A stretch of DNA of 63,359 nt, filler included, from Phoronis australis (GCA_002633005.1; 5 parts of 5 records of this genome joined end to end with filler, not necessarily neighbours in it); one strand, 5' to 3'; counted from the first letter of the whole stretch, positions 1-13,849 are shown. Notes: generated by a model not told the origin, from the letters alone. Made by a program: numbers and translations.

Positions 1-569
1 TTCGGATGGAAGTCTCTCAATTTCCTTAAAAGAACAGAGCCGCGCCGGCACTCCTCATGTCCATTGTATGAATCAACTGAATGTTGAGAAGTCCGAGAAA
101 ACTGCGGTCGCAATATCTGGCGATTACGATTGAAAACGTGCAAAATATTATTGTGTTTTATTTAAGGGGACGTTCTCGTTTTACGGCAGAAAAAATGCAC
201 TTTTGTGATAATGAGATATACATTTGAAGTCATTAGCTTTGGCCGGAGCTACTAAATAATAACATCCCTCGTGTTTTGTAATTTTATTACTAAATCACCA
301 ATTCTCGGCGTTGTCTGTCAGACATCCGTTGAGTTTGCTCAAAAGTAATTCTGACCAAAAATCTGTCATTTATGCCCAGAAGAGAACATTGCGAGTACTC
401 TTATACGCATCACACATCACAATAGCTAAAAAGCGAAAAAGTTGGTCCGAGGCAAACATAGTATGTACGACAGGTCGCATGATTTCGCTACGAAAACCCC
501 GTTAGTGGACTTTAAAAGGTGGGAGAAATAAAAGATTATTCTGTGCGGTCCGCAATTTAACTCCTGTTG

Positions 570-845
570 TATGGGCGCACCCAGGGGGGAGGGCTGGGGA
601 AGCTCATTCGAGCCTCCCTATTTGGCGTCGTGCGCAAAAATGTCCGTCTTGGCGAAACAAAATGTCCGAGTAAACCAGACAAAATTCCACAACGTCCACA
701 GAAATTCTGCGCGGATGCACAAATCGTAAGCCTGAACCGATTGGCCCCGTTTTTTAGTACTCGTTGATTTTTGCCAGTAAAAGGTCATCATATCGAAAAT
801 TTCGAGCCCCCTACATGTATGTTTTAGGCTGGGTGCGCGCGGGTG
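570..845. mobile_element. MITE family A copy (termini like ATGGGCGCACCCAG...CTGGGTGCGCGC)
   Basis: Imperfect terminal inverted repeats; related copies at 11091-11311, 19767-19994, 37941-38091 and a fragment at 18368-18395. No clear TSD at this copy. Confidence 0.6.
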
Positions 846-1039
846 CCACTACAACGATCGAAGTCCCGCGAGTTAAAATTGGAAAGGAACACGCTCCATA
901 TTTGCGACAACTCCTCGAGTGATGGCCTTGCTTGAACCAGTCACAGCGCACAAATTTTAATTTGATTTGATCAGGACTGTTTTGTTTACTTCCTTTAAAA
1001 AGAAATTAGGCCCAATATCTGCTCCACTCCTTCCAACAT

Positions 1040-1950
1040 GAAAGGTATCCTCAATCGAGCCTTCTTCCGTCGCCTCATAGATCTCACACTCGGCATATCT
1101 CAGCCTTATCATCACGTCACTCTCATCAAAGAATCCCTTACTGGCATTAGCGCTAGGCTTACATTTCTCCACTCCTCCAATAGCAAGTCCATGTTCCTTC
1201 TCGAGCATGCGACCTCATCCCAATCAATCAATCTGTATACTGACAAGGCCTCGGTCCANCAGCCTCATCATCACGTCACTCTCATCAAAGAATCCCTTAC
1301 TGGCATTAGCGCTAGGCTTACATTTCTCCACTCCTACAACAGCAAGTCCATGTTCCTTCCCGAGCATGCGACCTCATCCCAATCTATCAATCTGTATACT
1401 GACAAGGCCTCGGTCCACTGGGGATTCGCCGCTGTTTGCAGGTCTAACTGATTTTCTGGCCCTTGGCCCTCATCCATCTCTCATTTTCACATCACTTTTA
1501 AGGAGCTCTTCCCCATCGTTCTTGCCTTAGAAATTTGACGCCCTAAACTTGCTAATCATCGCATTCTTTGCTTGTACGACAACCATTCCGTGGTGGATAT
1601 CATCAATAAAACTTCCTCTAAGGACCCGACATTATGCGCCTTGTCCGACGCCTCGTCCTCTCTACCGTCCACCATAACATCCACTTCAAAGCCAAAAATA
1701 TTCCTGGAAAAACTAATTTCATTGCCGATAAAGTGTCTCGTTTTTGTTTTTTCCCAGGATGCCTTTTCCATGGCTCCATGACTTTCTCCAACACCGACTG
1801 CAGTTCCACCGCCGCACCTCTTTACATTCTGACTTCGCTCCTCCGAGCGTCCCTTGCCTCATCCANCATCCTAGATCCGCCACTGGTCCAAGTCTCTCAC
1901 TATCTCCCACTACAAACATTATGACCACACTCCTACAGTACCTATATTGC
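1040..1950 (+). pseudogene. Degenerate DIRS/Ngaro-type (tyrosine-recombinase) retrotransposon: RT C-terminus, RNase H and start of the recombinase ORF
   Basis: Pieced across frames: RAFFRRLIDLT..HHVTL..LYTDKAS..WGFAAV..ELFPIVLAL..DNHSVVDIINKTSSKDPTLMRLVRRLVL..HNIHFKAKNIPGKTNFIADKVSR, then LLRASLASS. This matches the DIRS/Ngaro RNase H pattern (TDAS..ELxPI..DN..HIPG..N..AD.LSR). Contains stops and frameshifts. Confidence 0.85.
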
Positions 1951-4868
1951 TACCCTTGGTACAAAGCCGTATACTAAATATACAGCTTTGCACCGAAGGT
2001 GGGTAAAAAAGTGGTAAGATAAAAACTATGACACAAAAGTAGTGTCACTAAAAACTAAAGTCTTCCTTGAGTAAACTAAATTGCTTAACGGTGTTGGAAA
2101 AAATTGCGTTCTACAGTTATTCTGCCGCTAAATTTGTGGAGCGATCTTTAGCGACGGCTTTCGGCGCCATGAAATATTGCGTCATCTATTGCCCAATTTC
2201 TTTTTTCGCCGATTCTTCAATCAACTGTTCTTTTTTCACGAGGTTGCGTACACGTCACAACAAATTATCGGAACTGGTTTCACTTCATTATAAGTTTGTA
2301 GAATTTTGATACCGAAAAACCGAATTTCTGAAGAAATTTTGCTGCTACCAAGCCATCACCATCTCCCGAGAGATGTCGTAAAAATTCAGGAAATGGCGCG
2401 TGCGCGAGAGACAAGCGTGCTTTTTTCAAAACGACGACATACTTTTCATTCTTAGGAAAGGCGCAGAGTTACGCAAGAAAATGGCGTTTGTTACATTGTT
2501 TTTCACTTAAACGACTGTAACGGGCAAGGTGAGTGTCGGTTGATTCCCAGATTTTGTTTGCACCCCGTCCAGTCTTTAGCTTTACATGTTGATACAAGTT
2601 TCACGGCGAGTAGACGAGCAGAACTACCCTGGCTGTGTGCAATTTCGGGGTCTACTTAAGAAATACACACAGTGGTACCTACAGTACAGCCACTGAATTA
2701 TTAGACTCTCTCCGGTGTCTCTCCGGTCTAGCCACCCGTGACCGTAACCGGAGACAGACCGGAGAGTGAGGCTTGAATCAACCGTGACAGCTGGCGTAAG
2801 CCTAAGCGTGACTGTACCCGGAGCTTACCGTGAGTTAGGCGTGAGTTTACCTGCATCGCAGATGATAAAGTAATTTATTAAAATTACATCAGTAACTAGC
2901 AGTGATGTGTGTATTCTCATAGACTTTTGTTCATGTCAGGTTTAATTTTTTTTTGAAATCGTCACGTGCAGTAAAAGACCAAAATTTCCATCTCAAATCT
3001 TAAGTCACTTCAGAAAACAGACCTGTGGACTTTACTTTTCAATGATACATGTATATAATTATTTGTTTTTTATATAAACTAATAAAGAATCTTAACACGC
3101 GTGTACACGGCGGAATTATTCAATTGCCTTCACGATATGAAGGAGCATAGCATGTCAATTCTGAGCACATTGATCCCAAGTTCCAGCATCATTCCGAGAA
3201 AGCTGATCACGCCCATGCATTTGACGAGTCCAACAGATGACCGCTATTATTATTTTAGTGAAGAAGTACCCCGGGGATACTGTGTACTCAGTTGAAACGC
3301 ATGTACTATGGGGAGGGGGCTACAAATAATTGAACTGCACTACGGATTTAGGACTTTTAAGTCAAAACATTTGCTTGCAGTAAGGGATGGGTATGTCAGA
3401 AGGGCAGCCTATTGAAATTTACTGTACGCCAGTGCGGTGCAAAAATTTACGGAGTGACACAATACTTCACAAGATGCGTAGGCTATTTTTAGGGCGAATT
3501 AACTATATCCACCTGTGACAAGTTTCAAGGAGTCCACAGCCATGTAAAGATGACTCTGAACACAGAGTCGCGTTTATTCGTATTTACTAACCGTGGTCAC
3601 TGTACATGCATGTCATGGATGGGACTGGCTCTTAAGTCGCAAATTGAACATGTACATGTAAGTGTAACACAAGACGAGCTGAAGGAAGACGTTTGTATGA
3701 ACAACACGTGGAATTACAGAGTTAGTCGGAACCCAAGTGTGATAGATGACCGCTTGCAAAGATACTCTATAATATATTATAATGTCTTTGCAACTTGACC
3801 GAAACAACAGGCCATCAAGACGTTACATGTATTTTTACTGATTAGCCCGGTGCCCTAACATGGTTACCACAGCTACCGAAGGCGTGAAGAAAGCGTGAGG
3901 TAAGCGTGACGGAGGCGCGAAGAACGCGTGAACGAGGCGTGAGGAAGGAGTTAACTAAACCAGAGGTAAGTGTGAGGACTACCCGGAGAGTAGGCGTGAG
4001 GCGACCGTGAATGATTTCTGTCACGCCTGTGTTCCGGTTGCGCTCCGGTCTGGCCAGGCGTGAGGTAGCCTGGACGAAGTCTAAAAATTCATTGGCTGTA
4101 CTGTAGCTGTATTTTGACTAGCCCTGGTGCAAAGCTGTATACTAAATATACAGCTTTGCACCCATATGCATCAAAAACTGGTAAGATAAAATGTGACACA
4201 ACATTAGTGTCATTAAAAACTACAGTCTTCCTTCATTAAACTACTGTAGATTATTTAACGGTATTGGAAAAATGGCATTCTACCGTTATTCTGCTGCTAA
4301 AGATTAGAGCAATCTTTAGCGACGGCTTTCGGCGCCATGAAATATTGCGTCACCTATTGGCCAGTTTCTTTTTTCGCCGATTCTTCAATCAACTGTTGTT
4401 CTTTCACGAGGTTGCGTACACGTCACAACAAATTATTGGAAGTGGTTTCACTTCATTATAAGTTTTTAGAATTTCGATACCGAAAAACCGAATTTCAGAA
4501 CAAATTTTGCCGCTGCGAGGTTGTCAAAAAATTAGGAAATGGCACGTGCTCGTGACACTAGCCTACCGTTTTCAAAACGACAATTTACTTTTCATTGTCA
4601 AGAATGACACAAAAAAATGACGTTTGTTGCATTGTGTTTCACTTAATCGGTTGTAACGGGCAAGGAAGGTGAGTGTCGGTTGATTCCCTGATTTGGCATG
4701 CACCCCGTCTGGTCTGTAGCTTTATATGTTGATATACATGTAAGTTTCACGGCGAGGTGACGACCAGAACTACCCGGGCTGTGTACAATTTCGGGGTCAA
4801 CGGAATACACACAGTGGTCTCTAGCTATATTTTGACGACAGTCTTCATACAGCTATCTGCCTGGCTAT
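1949..4868. mobile_element. Two head-to-tail copies of a ~740-bp non-autonomous element with a terminal hairpin (copy 1 1949-4117, interrupted; copy 2 4118-~4868)
   Basis: 1960-2680 is collinear with 4128-4820. Perfect 16-bp stem ggtgcaaagctgtata-ctaaa-tatacagctttgcacc at 4126-4162. An internally deleted third copy lies at 29725-29783. Superfamily uncertain (Helitron-like or Academ-like). Confidence 0.75.
2682..4103. mobile_element. Non-autonomous Tc1/mariner-type DNA transposon (1422 bp)
   Basis: TIRs cagtacagccactgaattattagact / agtctaaaaattcattggctgtactg; TA duplicated at 2680-2681 and 4104-4105; the sibling host copy shows the empty site (ggtctc-TA-gctatatttt, near 4820). Confidence 0.9.
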
Positions 4869-4904
4869 ATTTNATTACTTTTCTAAGTAATCGAGTCATC
4901 CAAT

Positions 4905-5700
4905 CAGGTGAAATAGGTCAAAGGTCATTAGGTGCACACTGAAATTTTGAGCTAGACACTTCAAATTGACAGGTCTGTTTGGCACAGGTAATTCAATTTG
5001 GAATCCAAAGTTTCAGGTCATTTAGTGCAACCATGGGGTCATTAGGTGCATTTTTCTTCTGAAAATTTTTCCTTTTCATTCACCAAGTAGTCTGATGTGT
5101 CAACAGTTAGACAACTGTGATCCTCAACATTAAACACAGTTTTCACGGGCTTTGCAATAATTCTCCTAAAGACGCCCATAATGTACCGGATAGGGTCAAT
5201 TAGTGCAAAGGTCATGTAACGCTCAAAATGATATATCTCCTACAATTTTCAAGGAATTCTTTTCAATTTCAGCACACTGGTGTAATTCAACATGCCAATT
5301 GAACAGTACCCTACTTTACTATGCAATAGGCATTACCAGTCAGAAAAAATAGGTCGAAGGTCATTGAAAGCAAACTAAAATTTTGAGCTAGAGACATCAA
5401 AATTACATATCTGTTTAGTGAATGCGATTGAGTTTGATTTCAGGTCATTTGGTGCACTAATGGGGTCATTAGGTGCATTTTTTATCTGAAAGTTTGACTA
5501 ATTCCTTCATCTTGTATTACAAACTGCCTAAAGTAAAACATCTGGGATTTTTAACATTAACCACACTTTTAATCGAGTTTACAATCATTCTCTCATCTTG
5601 GCTCATAATGCACCGGAAGAGGTCAATTAGTGGAAAGTTCATCAAAATATTAACATGTAATTTCTCCTACAATTTTAACGAATTAATTTTCATATTGGTA
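4905..5700. repeat. Two diverged ~437-bp tandem units rich in GGTCA motifs
   Basis: aaataggtc(a/g)aaggtcatt...aaattttgagctaga at 4911 and 5348, with collinear downstream sequence. Confidence 0.7.
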
Positions 5701-8158
5701 AAGGGGTTGGTGTCAGTAACTTCCCATAACAATTCCAGTAATACGCACGCGCAGAGTCCATTATTGTCACGCCATGACAATAATCCTTCTAGTTCAGTTC
5801 TTGTTCCTGGATTCAGAAGTAGCCCTGAACCACAGGGAAAAAAGACATACTACGAAAACGAATCAAATTTTGAAAATCATCGCCTTCGTGCGATTCCGTG
5901 TTGCTGTCGCCAGACTGATGTTCCTCCCCAACATCAATGTCGAAAATCGACGTTACAAGTGATGGAAACTTGTGTCCTTTGCTTCTAACTTTTAACCCAT
6001 TTTTAAGAAAGGGGTGTACTGATTTTGTCCAACGTAGATAGAGCATAACTTTTGGTTTTTAAAAAGCATTAATTGTGTTGAATGCATTCATATTAGGTGG
6101 CATCATTGAGTTGAACAGAAAATAAACTAAATGTAACACAATAAAGTTTTGAAAATAAATAGAACAGTAAACAGGACTCCCTAAAAATCGGGCTGTTTTC
6201 GAAAACTTTGCGCCATTGGTGATCTGATTGGTTTATGCATTTACGGCGGGAAAATAATAGACCAAGTATCGTGCACGTGTGCACTGTAGCAACACTTTGT
6301 ATCTTATTCTTATTTGGCCAATCGGTTGATACAGTAAATTTCCTTATTTATGCCCATCCTGATTTGACTTCAACTTGAGCTTGTTGGGTTCTGTCATACA
6401 TTGGGTTGGCATTGGGACCCACATGATACTTACTCGAATGGGTTTCATTTTACCAAGTATTTCAAGTTGAGGTGAAGTAAATAAACAAAGTGGGTGATTA
6501 TCATCACCAGAATTTCATCATTAGTATCTTTTGCCGGGTGCTCAAATTTTCTGAGACTAGGGATTGTCAGATTTGTAAGGTAGAAGTGTTTCGGTGGATT
6601 TCCAGGTCTGCGGCATTATTTATACCGGACCAAAATTAAAAAACAGACCTTTGTTTAAATCAGGATCTGCATGATACACATTTATTAGACGTGCGCAGGC
6701 ATTGCACTGATCACTTGGAGCCATTTAGGGTTTATTAATACATTTATATATAGTTAAACCAAGCTGAGGAGCTTGAAACCTGATTCACGGCAATTTTTGG
6801 CAGTGGTATTTTCTTAAAAATGCTCGTAAGTTGACACCAAAGTTTGATAGCAATGCACTGGAGTTTTGTAGAAACTCTGTTCATAGGTTACACATGCGTC
6901 ACATAGCGTAACTTTGATGAATTCTAGCTTACGATTTCACCTGTTTCGGAGACCGGGTTTCAACCACTATTGGGCTATAATAAGCGCCCCCTTCCTGAAG
7001 CGGATTTTTCTAAGTACCCTGGCCGCTTATTAGGGCGCATACGGTAATATTTCAGAAGGGCAATACTTAGTATCCTTTATGCACGGAACCCTTTTGTTAC
7101 ATTAGGAGTGGGATTGGCTCATTATGTACCCTACAGGTGGCATAGGACTTTACAAAACTGGTTTAAGAATTTTGTTTTCGTCATAAACGTTCGTTTGAAA
7201 GGCTTAAGTTTAGAAATGTTAGGACTTAAGCCTTAAAAGGCGGAAATTTAAAAAAAACATATGTCCGCTTACAAAAACTTTAACACTGAAGAATAAAAAC
7301 AACCTTTACACCCCTCTGGTGTTCCTGTTCCATGTTTTCAAAGAAGTTGGTTGCATTTTCATAGACTGCAGTCGAGAGATTTTGTGCGGCATTTATTCGA
7401 CATGAAATGAGTGTGTAACCTGCTGTTGAATTGCGAGATAGATTTTCACTGGTCCGGGTGGTTATTTATGAAGTATTAATGTAATCTTTATTGATGTTAT
7501 AGGCTTTACCAGCGTTCTATTTATTTGTACACGAATGTGAATTTGTTGAAATCGCTGATCCAAATCCTGGTCAAATGTGCGCATTCTGCTGAGACCAACC
7601 GTCTGATCAGGGCCAGCGAAGAGTAATTTGGTTAATTCGCTCACTAGGCTATGGCTGAACTTCCTCGTAAGGACAAGAGTTTACGAGTCACTATCTTTGG
7701 AAGAAATTTAGAGGATAATTTTCGTTAAAAAGTTTACCAGATAGTTTTCATCAAAACGGAGAAAACATAAATGGATTGGTGAAGACAGGATTAAGTAGTA
7801 GTCTCTTAAGAACATTCATCTTCGAAGTGCCGAACAACCGGCCACAGAGTAGCCGACCATGATTAGCAGACGACGTACATGTAGTTGCCGGAAATTGCAC
7901 CAGAAAATTTACAAGTCCAACGTCACCACAAGTTCAATCTTTTATCATTAAGCGCATGCCATAACGCCTTTAAATTTTGCATTATAACCGTTTCCGTAGA
8001 CATTAGTGATCAGTCAAACACTTACTCTGTTGCCATGAAAGCAGCAAATGTTACTAGGAAGACGAGGAAAATGGCAGCCTTGTACATTGTTGCGATCTGC
8101 AGTAGAGTGAAGTATATTTAAAATCAATTGACGAAATATTGTGCAATATGATCAAGAG

Positions 8159-9385
8159 CAAGTAACAGGAAAACAAAAAATACATTGTTCTGTGCAATCG
8201 AGTATTTTCACAGGTTAATCTTAGACCTGTGAAAATACAATAGTACTGTACTGTACCTACATTGACATTGTACTCTTCAATTGCGTTGAACTTCTACACA
8301 ATGTGTCAACATACAAACTTTTGTTTACTAAATAACCCACTGGTAAAAAGCAGACCTGATCTCAGCTTCTTTCTGACTCAACTTAGTGGCGGATTATGAG
8401 GGGGGCAAAGGGGTCACTACTAGAACAGTCATGATTTGAATGGGCATAGCCTCTGTGTTCGATGGCCACACGTGCACGTGATATAGTGTTAGTCTTTGGT
8501 CTAGTCACTAGATATTCAGTTTTCTAGGTTTTTTCTCTTGCGAATCACTTACGTTCAGTGTACACACTCGAGACTATGTACATTTGTGCAAGATATCTAG
8601 TGCAACTGGACATACTGTTTTTGTTGTTTCATTGTCTTAATTTGATGAAACGTTCCACTTTCAGTATCATACTCACTTGTAGAGAACACTAGAAATGAGA
8701 TTTGATTGTGAAAAGACCAAATTTGCCAAAAAGCAGGCAGAAATTTCCCACGGGTTATGTCAACCCCGTTACACCATTTTGCATTCTAGTCCAAGTAACA
8801 GAAAACTAAAACAAACACTGTGCTGTACAATCGAATATCCTCACAGCTTTATTGGATATCTTAGACCTGTGAAAAGACTATAGTACATGTACTTACATTG
8901 CACCCTTCATTTTCTGCTACTACTCGGGTCAACATATAATATATAACCTACTGTTAGCAGACCTGATCTGAACTTGTTTTTAACTCAAAATAGCTGTGGC
9001 GGATTAAGAGGGGGATCACTACTAGAGCAGTCTTGATTTGGATGAGCATAGCATCGGTGTTCGATGGCCGCACGTGAACGCGATATCACATGTTAGTCTT
9101 TGGTTTAGTCTCTGGAGATTGAGTTTTTGTAGATATTTGTCTCTTGAGAAGCATTTTCGTTCAGACCGTGTACATCTGTGCAAGATTTCTAATGCAACTG
9201 TACACACCGCTGTTATTGTTCTTCCATTGTCTTAATTTGAAACTGTTCTGGTGATGAAAAGTTCCACTTTCAGTATGATACCCACTTGTAGAAAACACTG
9301 GAAATGAGATTTGATTGTGAAATGTCCAAATTTGTCAAAATGAGGCTGAATTTTCCCATCCGTTATGTCAACCCCGTTACACCGT
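8159..9385. repeat. Diverged tandem duplication, unit ~610-630 bp
   Basis: caagtaacag..tcttagacctgtgaaaa at 8159 and 8792; gttatgtcaaccccgttacacc at ~8754 and ~9362; both units carry the same truncated family B MITE end. Confidence 0.8.
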
Positions 9386-11090
9386 GTTCGGTTAGTCTTT
9401 CTGGTTTTACCCAAAGATGTAAAATACGTAGTTTATGGCATCAACACCATATGAAGGCATTAGATTCACCATCTAACACAAGTATTTGCTCTTTGATTTT
9501 CTTTATTAATTTAATAGAACTCACAATATATTCCATAGTTCAAAATTTGCAATTTTTAGACCCCGCTGCACCTCATAAAAAGGTGCCCTTATCTATTTTT
9601 ATAATATTTTGAAGCATTTCACAATTAACAACACTCAAGCAAGAGTGTCTCTCAAAAAATTCCAAGTTCCTAAGTATGGCGATCTGAAAAATAACAAACA
9701 CTTGATTTATTGAATTGTCCTCTCCAATACGCAAAAACTGCTGTGGAATCGCCCAATTGGTGTCCTACTGTATAACTGTACATGTGAACCTACAATATGT
9801 GTCACGATAATAAACTGCGCAGTAATTGCATGCCTTGTACTGGCTGTTAAGCCATTAAAAAACAATGCTTAACTGTAGAAAATAAACAATGATGTCACTG
9901 CGCAAAGTTGAAACGAGAGATATTGGTTAGTAAGTTGTTCTGAAGCTAGTGCAGATTCCAGTTTAGGGTAGCGTGATAAGCGTTCCGGGCTCAAGTCGCA
10001 GTGTAAATACAGCAAGAACAAATACTGAAGGAAGGAAACAGATGTAATATGATCACAATTTTTAGTTGACATTAGTATTTGGTATTTGAGATGCACCGTG
10101 CGAGGGTGTGCAAAGNNNNNNNNNNNNNNNNNNNNNNNNNNNNNNNNNNNNNNNNNNNNTTAATTAATTAANNNNNNNNNNNNNNNNNNNNNNNNNNNNN
10201 NNNNNNNNNNNNNNNGTGGAATAATTGGGTGAGTAAGACAACAAGCCGGTTTTATGCTTAGGCGGACGACTATAGGGTTTCGGAGTGTAAACAAGCAAAG
10301 ACTGTGCTGGGCACTGGAGCCAGATGATGGCACGTTCAGTCACGCCTGGAAAAGTTGCTGTAACTTACAGAACGCCGTCATGAGTGATGCTTGAAACACA
10401 TTTTCACAAAATAGCTTACGAGATTACCTTTTGAAGAGAGGAAGAAACAGCAAACGGCCAACAAAGTTGGTGCTTCCATTCTATGTTGCTCTGGCTGAAT
10501 TCAGTGGTGGTGAATATATTATAAGGCAGACGACAAGCTTTTAAAAGGGCGCCAATGTATCGTTTCTCCGAGTTATCGCTAGTTAGCGCTGCTATCTGCG
10601 GCTGGGATCGACTACACGTACTTGTGAAATAAGTCGTTACTAGGGCGAAAAATGATTAACTCCTAGAAAGTGAAATTTATCAGTTGCTGTATAAAATGAA
10701 TAGAAGCAAGTAAATTGCACAAGTAAAAAGTTTGACAACACAAAATCATATCTGTTAAAAATCCATCATTGAACCCGGCTAAGAGATCATTTATAGCCGG
10801 TAGACAAATAGCCGCGTTCACTTCATACTGAAGCTGGGAAGAAAGATTGAGAATCCTTTCTAAATAAAAATCATTTTTATGTCTTGCTAAATAATTAAGA
10901 GTTATCCAGGGCCCACAGGTTTCGCCTTTAAAACGACGCCAATCTGCCTGAATTCGTGTACAATACGCAAACACTATCGGGATTACGTCAAAGCCAACAA
11001 TGGCATGTACATGTATGACGCGAATTATACATGTATATGTCTGATCATTCTCGTTCACGTCGCTTTGCAAAACCTCTCACTCATAAGTTT

Positions 11091-11311
11091 CATTCGCGCA
11101 CCCAGCCTAAAATATTGGGGAGAGGTCTCGAAGTTTTCGGTAAGAGGACCTTTTACTGACAAAAATTAACGGGGACTAAAAAAACGGGCTACTAGGTTCA
11201 GCGCAGAATTCCTAGGGACTTTTGTCTCGTTTACACGGAAGTTTTTTTTCGCCAAATTCGTCAATTTGGGGCGCTCGTTCGAGCCTCCGAACCCCCCTGG
11301 GTGCGCCCATG
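11091..11311. mobile_element. MITE family A copy
   Basis: cattcgcgcacccag...ctgggtgcgcccatg; flanks agttt/tgttt (5-bp TSD, 4/5 match). Confidence 0.7.
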
Positions 11312-12381
11312 TGTTTGTGTTTGTGATGCCACTCTCATTCAATGATCTACTCTTTCAACTATCGCCCGACGAAAGACATTGTTGTAAACGACACGAAGAT
11401 TGTTAAACAAACTATCATCAAAGGCTAACGGACAATGAAACATATGTACAGTATCAAAAAGGTCTGCTACCCAAATACACACACAGAATATAATTAGCTC
11501 CATGACCCGCTGCAGTCCGAGGAGAACCTTCACTTTTGAGTACAGGAAGCAATTCTTTTTGCAAGACACATTGGTGGCGGCATGCGAAAACTAACAGCAA
11601 TTTGACTAGTCAAATCAAAACAGTTTGGCGTCAATTTGAAGGAAACGCAAAAAAATCACATGGGATGCATGAAATTTTGCAACGTATCCACTTGTATGCT
11701 GATAAAGAGCAGACTAAGTCTACAAACACGGTCATTAAAAGGCCTTGATAATTTATATAAAGGTGCTACCTTTACACCACAAGAGCGGAAAACAAATAAA
11801 TTTGTCATCAACTTACAGATGATGAACATAATTTCTGTCATTGGCGATGAGTGTACACCTTGAACCTTGATTTGATTCGTACAAAAAACATGTTGAACTT
11901 GGAAAAACTATACCATGATATTGAACTCTTTGAGAGAGACGGCTTTGTTAATGTTAGTAAGAACATTGAAGAAAAACTGAAAGCAGAAGGGACAAAAACA
12001 TATCCAACTCAAGAAATTCCAAAAGCGTCTTAACCGATGTTCGTGCTGCCGCTGAACAACTTCGGGACAATGATGATATTGTGATTAGAAAGTCTGAGTA
12101 CCAAGATAAGCTGAATGACATCATCGCCAACACGTCGGCAAATTTTCAGAGTATAAATCTTAAACATTAAGAACTAAACCGTTTAATTAAGCTGGCTAAT
12201 GTTCACAAGAATTAAGTAAGCCCCATTTCCAATTTGCTGGGGGGGGATCTGAAGGATATGCCTCTATGGTAACCCAAAGCACATAAACCTGGGTATCCAC
12301 GGAAACCCATCATTTCTCAAATGCTAACCCCTACGTGCCAAATAGCTGAAACATTACATAAATTCATCAAACAGTACTTAC

Positions 12382-12538
12382 CAGTGGCGGATTTAGAGGG
12401 GAGCCAAGGGGGCCATGGCCCCCCTAAAAATCTTCCAGATTCCATTTGGCAATTCGGGGGTGCGAAGGTCTCACGGGCAACGTCCGGGCTAATACTCTGC
12501 CCTAGCCCCCCTAGCTCAAAATCCTGGATACGCCCCTG
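12382..12538. mobile_element. MITE family B copy (CAGTGGCGGATTTAG...CTGGATACGCCCCTG), 5-bp TSD, hAT5-like
   Basis: Perfect TSD cttac at 12377-12381 and 12539-12543; the PLE reading frame resumes across the insert. Confidence 0.85.
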
Positions 12539-13072
12539 CTTACCATATATGTACAATGTCAAATCTTGAGATGACTTTTCAGCTTTTTTACGATCTATTG
12601 ACACAACGCCAAATGGCTATCCAGCATCTCTCGGTGTTGAAAGCCTATTCATTAACACTTCTGTTGTCGAAACTGTAGAAACCACCATTTCTTTGATTGT
12701 GTGTAAAGTCACGTACATATTAGTGGCTCCTAACATTCCTAACGAGGAACTACTAGTTTTGCTATTACTTTGTACGACAAAAGTACCATTTAACAATATT
12801 GACGGCAAACTATATTTGCAAAGCAATGGTGTCTCTCGGACCAACATTTTTGCTGAATTTTACGTGTGTAACCTTGCAACTAAAGTTATTGAGAAGACTA
12901 CAATGTACCTCAGATACATGTATCTTGATGATGAATCTATGATCGTTACTAACGTAGTGACTACGATGAGCTGAAGGAGATCAAACTTGCTTTTAAGAAA
13001 AATTCTGTATCAAAATTCACGCATGAATTACAAGTTAGCAACAAGCCACCGTTTTTAGACATTGTCATTGAT

Positions 13073-13849
13073 TGTCACGTTTTCCCCGTGTGTGCATGTG
13101 GGTGGGTGCAGGTTGTTACAGACCGGTGCTAATAGCTTTTGGTGCGACGATTGACCTGAAGACTGGTTCGAGGTAATCCTTTATTAATTCCCCGTATGTT
13201 CGCAAGCCTACTCAAACAAAACGTCAGACGTAATGTCTGTTTATGCTCCAGCCAGTGCTGCGAAGCCTTGACTTGTCATGAACTTCTGAGACACGTTCAG
13301 CAACTGTTACACTCGTCGATTCAATAACCTGCTGTCTCTATAGCTGGCTCTCCATTGACTATCGCTGTAACTGCTGATTCTTTTCACTGCAACTCAACTG
13401 TAGTTCTCCTGATCAACTTTCTTGATGAACTGACTTCATCTTCTCTTACTCTGACGTGATCTTCTCTTGAACTGACTTGATTTGACTAACACAAACCCGT
13501 GCTAGTGTACTGATAGCCTAATGCATTGTTCTGGAACTTTTCATCAATTCAAGCACATTCTATAACTTTCCTGAATCTACCCAACCATTCTACAAACATG
13601 TTCTAGTCTCTAGAATATTCCAGACTGCATTAATCACTGTCATGCTAGAGTCTTCTAGAAAGTTCCACACTATACTGCAGTGAACAAATTACATCATCAC
13701 TACTGAACTCAATCTACTAGAAAGTTCCATACTATTCTGTAGTAAACAAATTACATCATCATTGTACTCAATTCAGGGGTAATGTCAATCAAACGGAATA
13801 ACAAAACAAAACAATACAACCAAAAATACTGTCAGACTATATTCTGACA
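13073..13849 (-). mobile_element. Solo LTR (777 bp)
   Basis: Termini TGTCA...TGACA; perfect 5-bp TSD ttgat (13068-13072, 13850-13854); PLE RT resumes after it. Orientation inferred only from a minus-strand AATAAA at 13180-13185. Confidence 0.88.

Noticed and set aside
1100-1417. ~160-bp near-exact tandem duplication in the DIRS remnant
   Set aside because: The copies are joined at a single N (1259), typical of an unmerged contig or haplotype overlap.
10116-10215. TTAATTAATTAA in the centre of N runs (also 26741-26840, 38775-38874, 44930-45029)
   Set aside because: Identical N44-12-N44 layout with stops in all six frames: an artificial scaffolding linker, not biology.
10663-11070. 135-aa ORF (similarly 5473-5988, 19152-19631, 60693-61121)
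   Set aside because: Non-ATG starts, no recognisable motifs, and some overlap repeats; likely chance ORFs.
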